Shown here: positions 27,803 to 35,784 of the stretch, piece after piece
Layout: the number at the start of each line of letters is the position of its first letter
Position numbering within the stretch: position 1 is the first letter of the stretch
DNA from: a virus
Lineage: Duplodnaviria; Heunggongvirae; Uroviricota; Caudoviricetes
Virus record (IMG/VR): IMGVR_UViG_3300047388_000185
Span: 64,738-128,737 of that record
Length of the DNA stretch: 64,000 nucleotides
Direction: 5' to 3' (one strand)
The notes under the pieces: model-generated
Database searches by the model: none
What the model was told of the DNA's origin: nothing
The model's input: the letters and a program-made list of their open reading frames with translations, nothing else
Program-made: the position numbers and the translations under genes

Positions 27803-30800
27803 TTAATTATCCTTGTCAAACACGTCGTCTTCGATTTCTTCATCTTCTGGTTCATCCGCAATATCGGGACGATTCTTGAATTCATTTACTTTGAAACTAC
27901 GAATCTTGGTCCCGGTCGTGATGTCATGAAGATGGAATGTGTCACCTTCTTTTTTAACTCCGACAGAGCCAGTTGCAATACCCTCGTACTCTTTAGTTGA
28001 AAGACCAAGTACAGACTTTATTGGCTTCTCGAAAACTGGATTAGCGACGGGCTCAGCTAAGTGGTAATGGGTCCAGTTAGTTCCACGTAGACCACCAGTT
28101 GTAATGGTATCAAATAAGCCACCTTTATCCGGCTCCAAGTTACGGGCATTGATCATCTCGCCGTTGCGAATTCTACCATGAGATTGACTAAGAATATCTG
28201 AATCAGTCATAGGAGAAGCTGTGAGTTTCCCATCACGCAAAGTCGTCTTGATGCCAGACGCGGTCAAGTAATCGATGAACTTATTCGTAGCAAAGGTTGT
28301 CTTGGGCTTGGGTAAAGGTTCACCGCGTTGGAACTTCGCCCAGAAGTCTTCATTGGACTCCGACTTAGTCGTGGCAATTTCTTTTAAGTTCTTACGGGCA
28401 TTAGAGCCAAGCAAACCTAAGAATTCCATGTAACCGATACTCTTTGAGCCTTCTTCACCACCCTTAGTCGGCTGATTGACATTGTCATATCCACCAGTAT
28501 TACGGGCAGACCAGTTCTGGTCGGAGGTCTTGTAGAGCTTGATGAAGTATTGCGGTCCCGCCAGGACTTGACCCAGTGTCTTCTTGGTCGTCGGATCTAC
28601 GAGCTCATCTGTATCTGAAATCCCATGCTTAGCCAATTCTGCCTTCAATTCAACAACGTTCGAGCCCTTGTCGAAGTTATGAACTAAGTACGGCGAACCT
28701 TTAACCTGAGCAATCTTGGCCGCAGCAGTTTCCATCAGTTGCCCGAGATTCACTCGAGATGTGACAGAGGCGGGATTAAGCAGAATATCTACAGGTTTGC
28801 CAGTCTCTTTCTTATAGGGCATGGATGTATCCGGAAGAATCAAAGACACGATCCCCTTGTTGCCATGCAGACCAGTCAGCTTATCTCCGACTTCAAGTGG
28901 CTTGACTGAGCGTAGAATGAAACGAACTTGGCGAGTAGCAGTGTGCGCGTCAACGACCTTGCCATCTTCATCGTGTTGCCACAGACCAACGACCTTCTTC
29001 CAGGGACGAATCAGAGTTTTGTGCATACGACCAAGAGCCTTATCTTCTGCAGTTGGCTCTTTCTTCTCGAGCACAGCGTAGCAGGGATCTCCGTGATGCA
29101 GGACTGAGCCTACCTTGGCATAGCCATTGTCGTCCAATTTATCTAGTTGTTCTTTGGTGAATTCACCTGGGAACCAACGGGCAAATAGTGCTTTCTTGGC
29201 CGTCGTGATATCCGTCACGTCGTAGTCAATCTTATATGCGTGATGTGAGGATAGGGATTCTGCACAAGATTGGGATAGGACTAATCCGTCCTCGTGGTTA
29301 TATCCCTTCCACGGGATGTAAGCCACTTCCAGGTTTTTGCCCAAAGCCAAGACTCCGTCCTTTGTGTAATTGGACTCGAACAACTGGTGTCCCGGGGTAA
29401 CATGGTCGCCGACCTTAACCAATGGGGTCTCATCGTCATGGAATCCTTTCATGTTAAAGGGTAGATTTTTCACAGCTTTGACTAGCACAGCTTTGCCTCC
29501 GCCCGTGGGTTGAATGGTCACGCCATTACGGTCAGCCTTAATAACTTCCCCGTCTATCGGGGCAACTGTTCCTGTAACGCCGGCAAGTTGCTTGACGAAG
29601 GGGATACCTTGAGCATTCGTAGTCTGAACGAGAGGGACTTCTCGGTTCACCAAAGACAGGGCCTGGGGGATGGCCTTGCCAGCCATAGTCAAACGGCCTG
29701 GATGGTTCGAGTTTAAGAAGGGCACGAGATTAGTCGTGACCGTATACATGTCAGTCGAATCATAGAGCCAGTAGTCAACCTTGTCCCGAGCGATCTGACC
29801 GAGTTCCCCTTTGATCTGAGCCTGAACGGGATCTTCCCCGTCTTGGTTCGGAAAACCGACGATCTTGGTCATCATCTCGTGGACGGAGATGTTTCTGACT
29901 TTGCCAGCCTTATCCTTTACTCTGGCGTAGAGATTTCCCTCAGCGTCTCGACTAGCTGATACAGTAAAGCGCTGGTCGATACCAGCATGCCCAGATTCAG
30001 GTGTCCGACTAGGATCGATAATGCCAAGATGGCTAGGATCGATGTCTCGAGCTCCCATGGGTACGCCGCGATCTGACGCGATACCGCCTTCGCCTTGTCC
30101 AAGCACAGTAACTTTAGCAACATTTTCGATAGACTCCAGAGGATTGGTTTCAGACGGGGTTGTGACCAAGTTCGAGGCCACGATGTAATTAGAATAGAAC
30201 TTAGAGAAAGGCTTGGTCGACAGATTACCCTTGAGCTTGGGATCTGTCTGCGGAATCCGGTCAAGCTCCCGACCCAAACGGTTCTTAATCAGCTTGACAA
30301 CTTGGTGCTCCTTGGCAAAACGGGTCGTCAAGAAGTCAGGTAGATTCTGGACTCGCTTGAACTGCAGGCTATCTCGGTTATCTTCCTGACGTTCATGCCG
30401 ACGGGTCTGAATCAGATTGCGCATGGCAAGCAGGATCGCGTCCTTCGTCACGGTAGCGATAGGCTGACCGAGAGTAGACGCAGTTGTGCGAGTATTCAGC
30501 TTCGAGCTCTCAAGGCGTTCCTTTAGCTGATGCGCCATAACTTCCGGTGAAGCTCCGACGACCCGCTCACGGGAATCAACAAGCTTCAAGTACATATCCT
30601 TGAGGTACTTGTCTTCTTTCCCAGTAACAGCTTTTTGATTGGCTTCCCAAACATCTGCTGGGATATAAGAAGAGATCTCTTTACCACTTACTCCGAAAAC
30701 CTTTGTCAGCAAAGCACCAATAGGAATTTGAGACGTGCTGTTACCCGGAATCAAGTAGAACATGTACGTTTCGGGATCGAGCGTCAAGTGTAAAGATGCA

Positions 30801-31306
30801 CCGGAGCCAGTATTGAAGTGGGTCTCGAGTTCGCCTGTCTCCTTGGTACGGGTATATACGCCGGGGAGCAATTGGAGTTGATTGGCTGCAGCGTAGTTGT
30901 TTCCCTTATACAGCAGGGTATGCTTTCCGGTAATGTGAAAAGAATCCATCAAAGAGAAGCCTGGTTGTTCATCTACAACTTGGCCCGTAGTCTTATCGAT
31001 CAGCTTCAAGTCAGCCTTGATCGGATAAGTCAAACTACGACTTTCCAGGATGGCCTTCTTTTCATCTTCGTGGGTGTAGTCCTTGCGCTCAGCACGGAAG
31101 TTCTCAGCGGTCAGAATGTAGTTGCGGCCTTCGACTGGAAACTGGGTGGCTAGACCAGAGATCAACGCGGCATCAACCTTGTTATTCATGTCTGCAGGGG
31201 ACGAGAAGATACGGGTCAACTTAGGACGGGTTACTGCATCGCCTACTGCAGGAATAGCAGCCTGAGAAACGGCTACGGTTTCATCAGCTCGCTTAGTAAA
31301 CTTCAT
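27803..31306 (-). CDS. rpoB: RNA polymerase beta subunit fused to the beta' N-terminal segment
   Basis: TPESGHAGI, YIPWKGYNHED, GDKLTGLHGNKGIVS, LLNPASVTSRVNLGQ, then LTASP..I...SHG.I...INARNLEPDKGGLFD...HYHLAEPVANP (beta' N-terminal pattern). Start moved to ATG 31306, which overlaps the upstream TGA. Confidence 0.92.
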   Translation of the reverse strand: MKFTKRADETVAVSQAAIPAVGDAVTRPKLTRIFSSPADMNNKVDAALISGLATQFPVEGRNYILTAENFRAERKDYTHEDEKKAILESRSLTYPIKADLKLIDKTTGQVVDEQPGFSLMDSFHITGKHTLLYKGNNYAAANQLQLLPGVYTRTKETGELETHFNTGSGASLHLTLDPETYMFYLIPGNSTSQIPIGALLTKVFGVSGKEISSYIPADVWEANQKAVTGKEDKYLKDMYLKLVDSRERVVGASPEVMAHQLKERLESSKLNTRTTASTLGQPIATVTKDAILLAMRNLIQTRRHERQEDNRDSLQFKRVQNLPDFLTTRFAKEHQVVKLIKNRLGRELDRIPQTDPKLKGNLSTKPFSKFYSNYIVASNLVTTPSETNPLESIENVAKVTVLGQGEGGIASDRGVPMGARDIDPSHLGIIDPSRTPESGHAGIDQRFTVSASRDAEGNLYARVKDKAGKVRNISVHEMMTKIVGFPNQDGEDPVQAQIKGELGQIARDKVDYWLYDSTDMYTVTTNLVPFLNSNHPGRLTMAGKAIPQALSLVNREVPLVQTTNAQGIPFVKQLAGVTGTVAPIDGEVIKADRNGVTIQPTGGGKAVLVKAVKNLPFNMKGFHDDETPLVKVGDHVTPGHQLFESNYTKDGVLALGKNLEVAYIPWKGYNHEDGLVLSQSCAESLSSHHAYKIDYDVTDITTAKKALFARWFPGEFTKEQLDKLDDNGYAKVGSVLHHGDPCYAVLEKKEPTAEDKALGRMHKTLIRPWKKVVGLWQHDEDGKVVDAHTATRQVRFILRSVKPLEVGDKLTGLHGNKGIVSLILPDTSMPYKKETGKPVDILLNPASVTSRVNLGQLMETAAAKIAQVKGSPYLVHNFDKGSNVVELKAELAKHGISDTDELVDPTTKKTLGQVLAGPQYFIKLYKTSDQNWSARNTGGYDNVNQPTKGGEEGSKSIGYMEFLGLLGSNARKNLKEIATTKSESNEDFWAKFQRGEPLPKPKTTFATNKFIDYLTASGIKTTLRDGKLTASPMTDSDILSQSHGRIRNGEMINARNLEPDKGGLFDTITTGGLRGTNWTHYHLAEPVANPVFEKPIKSVLGLSTKEYEGIATGSVGVKKEGDTFHLHDITTGTKIRSFKVNEFKNRPDIADEPEDEEIEDDVFDKDN

Positions 31307-31605
31307 TCTGCATCCTCGATGAACTTGATAAGATAATACATAGTTTCCAAGAAGACATAGTTCTTTTCCTCGATCAGGTATACGCCTTCTCCACGCCAAG
31401 CCTTGGTTTGAATACGTTCCAGCTCGGACATGTCCACTGGATCGTTCATGTTGAACTTTTGGAAGCGTACCCGCTGCTTAGCCGGATCGATGATCGTAGC
31501 CTTCGGGCGGGTCATGCCTGGAAGTGGATTATCTTTGGTGATAGTAGACGTAGATGCAGCTCGAAGAGACGAGCCGTCTAAATTTCCAATTGGAGTAGTT
31601 GCCAT
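31303..31605 (-). CDS. Hypothetical protein coupled to the RNAP beta gene
   Basis: 100-aa ORF with ATGA overlap to rpoB; preceded by TAAACT-N6-ATG. Confidence 0.65.
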   Translation of the reverse strand: MATTPIGNLDGSSLRAASTSTITKDNPLPGMTRPKATIIDPAKQRVRFQKFNMNDPVDMSELERIQTKAWRGEGVYLIEEKNYVFLETMYYLIKFIEDAE

Positions 31606-31622
31606 TTGTTTAGTTTATCTTT

Positions 31623-33506
31623 TTACTTCTTAGGTTCAGACTTAGATCCGGCATCAGACTTGGCTGGTTTAGCTGGTTGTTTACTGGAACTTCCACCGGA
31701 AGCAACCATTGGACCCTTTTCTTTCTTCTCAGGCTTCTTATCGGACGAAGCAGGAGCAGCGTTGGGATCCTCTTCCTCCTGGGGGATCGGATTTCCTTCT
31801 TGGTCAGTTTGGCCGGTGGCAACCATTTGCTCTTCCATAAGATGGGAGATCAATGCGTATTGACCGTAGTCTACGCGTTTGATCTGGGCCATGTGAGCCT
31901 GCTGTTCATCGGGGGCCATCGTTAGCAATTCTTGAACAGCAACGTTAGCTTTTTGTAAAGCTTGGAGATAATCGTCCGTCTTCTCTGATTCTTTAGCGAT
32001 TGCTACGCCTTCAAGATACGTGGCCCGTTCAATTTCAAACTTGGTACGTACAGCATTACGGGCATTGGACTTGGCCTCTTCCAACATACGGGATTGCTCT
32101 TCGTCATAGGAACGACCAAGAGATTCAAACAACGTGGTCATAGAGACTTTGCCTTCAGGAGCCAGAGTCAGGAGGAGTTGCTTAAGGTTGTCATCATCCG
32201 TCAACTGGAAGGGAACAAGTCCAATATGGCATTCCGGGACTTGAAGATATACGCCAATCTTACGGGAAGCCCAAACCAAGAGTTCCAAGATCTGACCGAC
32301 ATACGAATCGAGCGTATTCTTCAACATGCGAAGACCAACCGTAGAACTAGTCCAGTTAGTCGTACCAGTCAACAACTCCCGGGAAACACCCATACTAAGC
32401 AGAAGCGAATCTTCAGCTTGTTCGATTTCTGCTGCAACAAGGAGGGTCTTGCCTTCACCGGAAATAGCTTGATATCCAATGGGGACGGGAGCAATCAGAA
32501 CTGAGTTGTTATCCCGCTTATGCTCCACCATTGCCTGTTCCATCTTCGAGGCGAAGTTGCGTAGAGACATGGTTACTACCGGATCTCCGTTACCAGTCTG
32601 AGCCGTAGGATACAGGACACGAAGCGGGGTCATAAAGTCTGTCGCAATGCTTTCATTGGCACGACGGAGAGTTGCCTGATAAAACACAAGATTAAAGTGA
32701 GAGACTAACGGGGGGACCGAGAATCCATTGGCAGAACCACTGGTGTCCAGATTTTTCAGATGGTAAATCGTTCCCGGAGCAAACTCAAAGTCTTTATTTT
32801 GTTTAACAGCTTCAATCAATCCCCATTCAAGAGTGCTGATGAAGAGCATGTTTCCATCTCGGATCTGCTTCTTAATATCCCCAGGTACGGTGTAGTAATA
32901 CTTAGATTTGCCAGAGATGGGATTATGGTTGATGCCGATATGAAGAGGATCCCAGACGATCATTTCCATATCTTCTGTATTCATCGACTTGGTGTCGACG
33001 TGACGAAACTTGGTTTTATTGCTGCACTTGAGGCAGACACCTTCGAACTCGAAAGCTTTGAAACGAATGAATTCGGCATTGGCAGAGTTAAACCCCTCGT
33101 TACACTGATTGCAATACAGCATCCGAACGAAGGGGAGGTAAAGCGATACGAAGACATTCCCGAGGGTGTGATAGTCAAAGCCGATCTTGTGAAGTTTGTA
33201 CTTCAATCCAATGTTCTTAGAGATCTCTTGGTACTTATCTTGGACCGATTCATCATCGGAACTGTACGTAAACGATGTAATCGGAAAGGTTGCCAACTTT
33301 CTCAAAACCTCGGACGTAACCGGGCTTTGAGCAGTAATGTACTTCGACCAACGAATAACATCCTTGAGATTTCGAGGGAGATACTGATTGGCGATTGTGT
33401 ACTGAGGATTACGACCTTGAGCATAATTTCCAGTACCCTGCCCTCCGATGGCAGCATTGGAGTAGCCTGGGATTAGCGGGGGTTGATACGGATCTTGGTA
33501 TGCCAT
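31623..33506 (-). CDS. Portal protein (putative)
   Basis: 627 aa. N-terminal P..L..VIRW, central IYHLK..P.V.H...Y.A.L..AN, PIGYQ...MGVSRELL.G, acidic/Lys-rich C-terminal tail: the usual layout of large-phage portals. Confidence 0.65.
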   Translation of the reverse strand: MAYQDPYQPPLIPGYSNAAIGGQGTGNYAQGRNPQYTIANQYLPRNLKDVIRWSKYITAQSPVTSEVLRKLATFPITSFTYSSDDESVQDKYQEISKNIGLKYKLHKIGFDYHTLGNVFVSLYLPFVRMLYCNQCNEGFNSANAEFIRFKAFEFEGVCLKCSNKTKFRHVDTKSMNTEDMEMIVWDPLHIGINHNPISGKSKYYYTVPGDIKKQIRDGNMLFISTLEWGLIEAVKQNKDFEFAPGTIYHLKNLDTSGSANGFSVPPLVSHFNLVFYQATLRRANESIATDFMTPLRVLYPTAQTGNGDPVVTMSLRNFASKMEQAMVEHKRDNNSVLIAPVPIGYQAISGEGKTLLVAAEIEQAEDSLLLSMGVSRELLTGTTNWTSSTVGLRMLKNTLDSYVGQILELLVWASRKIGVYLQVPECHIGLVPFQLTDDDNLKQLLLTLAPEGKVSMTTLFESLGRSYDEEQSRMLEEAKSNARNAVRTKFEIERATYLEGVAIAKESEKTDDYLQALQKANVAVQELLTMAPDEQQAHMAQIKRVDYGQYALISHLMEEQMVATGQTDQEGNPIPQEEEDPNAAPASSDKKPEKKEKGPMVASGGSSSKQPAKPAKSDAGSKSEPKK

Positions 33507-33821
33507 GTGGTTAAAAGTTGAAGAAGCGAAAGCTCAATTCACTTGACTCGAGTGTACCCCGATTTTAAGGCTGGGTCAAGGTTTTTCTAAGGCTAAATAC
33601 CAGAGATCGATTTATAGGTGATTTAAGACGTTTTTAAATCTTGTGGCTAGGTGGGTATCAACTTGGCTCACAAATCGATTCTAGCCCTATTTAAATCGAT
33701 CGGAGGGGTATCAAAGAGGCGCCATGACTCTGTCGATTCCAGATCAATTCGGATACCGAGTTAGACTAGGGGTTAACCCTAATCTCGTGCCTCATTTTTA
33801 GGCAGTTCCGATGTTTTTGAC

Positions 33822-34275
33822 TGAGTTCCGAAAAAAGGTTGGAACTTTCTGAAATTATTTTTTAGAAAGTAGAACCGAAATATTGTTATAAATCAACGAC
33901 TTAGGTGCTAAGTTCCGAAAATCTGACGTTTTTCCGGAAATATATAAGAGACTATTTTTTCGCCACAGAACAGGAGGCTTGGGTAGGCCCCCTAATAATA
34001 ATAATGTCTTCTCTAAACAGTATATATATATATAGGGTTTCAGTCCCAAAACATCGGAACTGTGGTAGCTAAGCAACAAAATCTGTCCCGCTGACTTTTG
34101 TCCCAACCCTTTTCCGTTTTTTATTTTTCTTTGGCGAAAAAATAGTCTCTTATATATTTCCGGAAAAACGTCAGATTTTCGGAACTTAGCACCTAAGTCG
34201 TTGATTTATAACAATATTTCGGTTCTACTTTCTAAAAAATAATTTCAGAAAGTTCCAACCTTTTTTCGGAACTCA
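33822..34275. repeat. Perfect 144-bp inverted repeat (33822-33965 / 34132-34275) with a 166-nt spacer; candidate origin or terminus region
   Basis: Arms compared base by base; the spacer contains (TA)7; seven AGTTCCGA octamers in and around the element. Confidence 0.95.
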
Positions 34276-34366
34276 CCTAAAAAGATCGGAACTTGGGTCC
34301 AAAAAGTAGAAAACCACCCGAAGGTGGTCTTAGATTGGTATTATGTATCAGGGTTAACCCTATGTC

Positions 34367-35086
34367 TTATCGATAGGCCTTTAGGATGGCCTTGACGATC
34401 GGGCTTCGCAAGCAATCGTCCTCATCGAACTCGATCACGGCAACACCCTCGACATACTCAATTCGATCAATTGCATCCTCGAGACCGCATTCCCCTCTTA
34501 GATCGCACTGCTCGACGTCCCCATTGATAATCATCGTACAGTTCTCTCCGATTCGAGTCAGAAGCATCTTCATCTCAGCTGGCGTGATATTTTGAGCCTC
34601 ATCTACGATCACAACGCAATTCTTAAAAGTTGAGCCTCTCATATAGCCGAGGGGTTGAGGAGAGATGCGTTCATTCTTCAAAGCCATCTCATAAGCACCC
34701 TTACCCATGCGATCAATCAGATATTCCCGTACTGGCATAAGGTAAGGAGCATACTTCTCCTCGAGAGTGCCGGGTAGCAGTCCAAGAGTTGCCCCGGATT
34801 CAATGGCAGGCCGAACAAGGATAATATCTCGACCACGTTCTAATAATTCTCCCGCAGCGAAATCAGCAGCAAGTAGGGTTTTACCAGTACCAGCGGGACC
34901 CGCGCCGATAGTAATATTCGAAGTACGCATTGCATTTGCGTATTCAATTTGATGTTTATTCTTAGGAGTAACTGGGGGCTTTACAGCTTTCTTTGGTTCG
35001 TAAAATGTTTGAGCATTGACAGCCTCGTCAAGAATTTCGTATTCACGATTACGACGACTAGGCTTGTGGGTACGCTTGGCAGACAA
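34367..35086 (-). CDS. phoH: PhoH-family ATPase
   Basis: GAGPAGTGKT, LVRPAIE, LPGTLEEK..PY, YMRGSTF, VDEAQN, RIGEN, GDVEQCD, RSPIV. Confidence 0.95.
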   Translation of the reverse strand: MSAKRTHKPSRRNREYEILDEAVNAQTFYEPKKAVKPPVTPKNKHQIEYANAMRTSNITIGAGPAGTGKTLLAADFAAGELLERGRDIILVRPAIESGATLGLLPGTLEEKYAPYLMPVREYLIDRMGKGAYEMALKNERISPQPLGYMRGSTFKNCVVIVDEAQNITPAEMKMLLTRIGENCTMIINGDVEQCDLRGECGLEDAIDRIEYVEGVAVIEFDEDDCLRSPIVKAILKAYR

Positions 35087-35210
35087 GAGAGTTTCCTTTA
35101 GGTTGTTAGGAATTACAAAGAGAAAAGCCCACCTGCTAAGCGAAGCATGGTGGGCTCATGGGATGAATCGGGGACTCGTTCATTTCTCAACCTCATCTTA
35201 ACCCCTAGCT

Positions 35211-35240
35211 TTCAACAACGCAACTGTAAAATGGTATAAG
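35211..35240 (+). promoter_or_regulatory. Class I promoter
   Basis: TTCAACAA-N13-TGGTATAAG. Confidence 0.75.
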
Positions 35241-35303
35241 GTATTGAGAGAGGAAGATAACGATTTCCCCATAATCCACACAACTTATCTGAGGGTAAAC
35301 TAA

Positions 35304-35702
35304 ATGTCGACTCATGAAGAAAGATGGGGTATTTTCGTAGACTTTGCTGCAATAGTTCATGACCTCCTGACGGAAGCTCAAGCTGAAATGGCAGAGGCAA
35401 CTCTACTCGACCCCGTTACCCCTGCACATCTAGAGCAGCTTGAAACCCTTTGGCACAAGCTCACCATTGCTCTGAGTGCGTTTACTAGATCGAGCATTCT
35501 GATACTTCATTCAGTTCAGCTAAAGCCAGAAGAAGAATTGATGGCTAACCGGCTAGTAGAGAAGATAAACGAAGCCGCCGGCGCAGCAGACGAACATCTT
35601 CGCTTGTTTTTCCAAAAAACCGGGTTAGCTGCGTCCATGCCAAGTCGAGAAGAATCTGGAGAGGGGTTACACCCCCACACGTCTCCTGGGAAGTTTCAAT
35701 AA
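35304..35702 (+). CDS. Hypothetical protein
   Basis: 132-aa helical ORF downstream of the promoter, with GAGG SD. Confidence 0.6.
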   Translation: MSTHEERWGIFVDFAAIVHDLLTEAQAEMAEATLLDPVTPAHLEQLETLWHKLTIALSAFTRSSILILHSVQLKPEEELMANRLVEKINEAAGAADEHLRLFFQKTGLAASMPSREESGEGLHPHTSPGKFQ

Positions 35703-35724
35703 TCGTAATTAGAATTGGTATAAG
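35695..35724 (+). promoter_or_regulatory. Class I promoter
   Basis: TTCAATAA-N13-TGGTATAAG. Confidence 0.75.
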
Positions 35725-35784
35725 AATATACAGCGGAAAACTACCGTACTCTGCTGCCTCACCCAACCTTACCAGGAGATTTAC

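Noticed and set aside
14106-31306. Group I introns or inteins explaining the RNAP split or hosting the HNH genes
   Set aside because: Each RNAP piece has its own start and stop and they join co-linearly with bacterial beta'. The HNH ORFs lie between intact genes, and no intein motifs were recognised.
27803-31399. ORF-track start at 31399 for RNAP beta (also 15992, 11253, 42716, 48505, 50854, 52915, 62317, 63224 for other genes)
   Set aside because: These extensions overlap other genes, promoters or tRNAs; downstream ATGs with SD sites or coupled stops fit better.
26657-33506. Assignment to phiKZ-like nucleus-forming jumbo phages
   Set aside because: The RNAP pieces are far more bacteria-like and split differently, and no chimallin or tubulin-like gene was seen in this window. 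The taxon cannot be named without a search.
33855-34106. 83-aa ORF inside the inverted-repeat region
   Set aside because: Low-complexity translation of the AT-rich repeat arm and the (TA)n run, with no SD.
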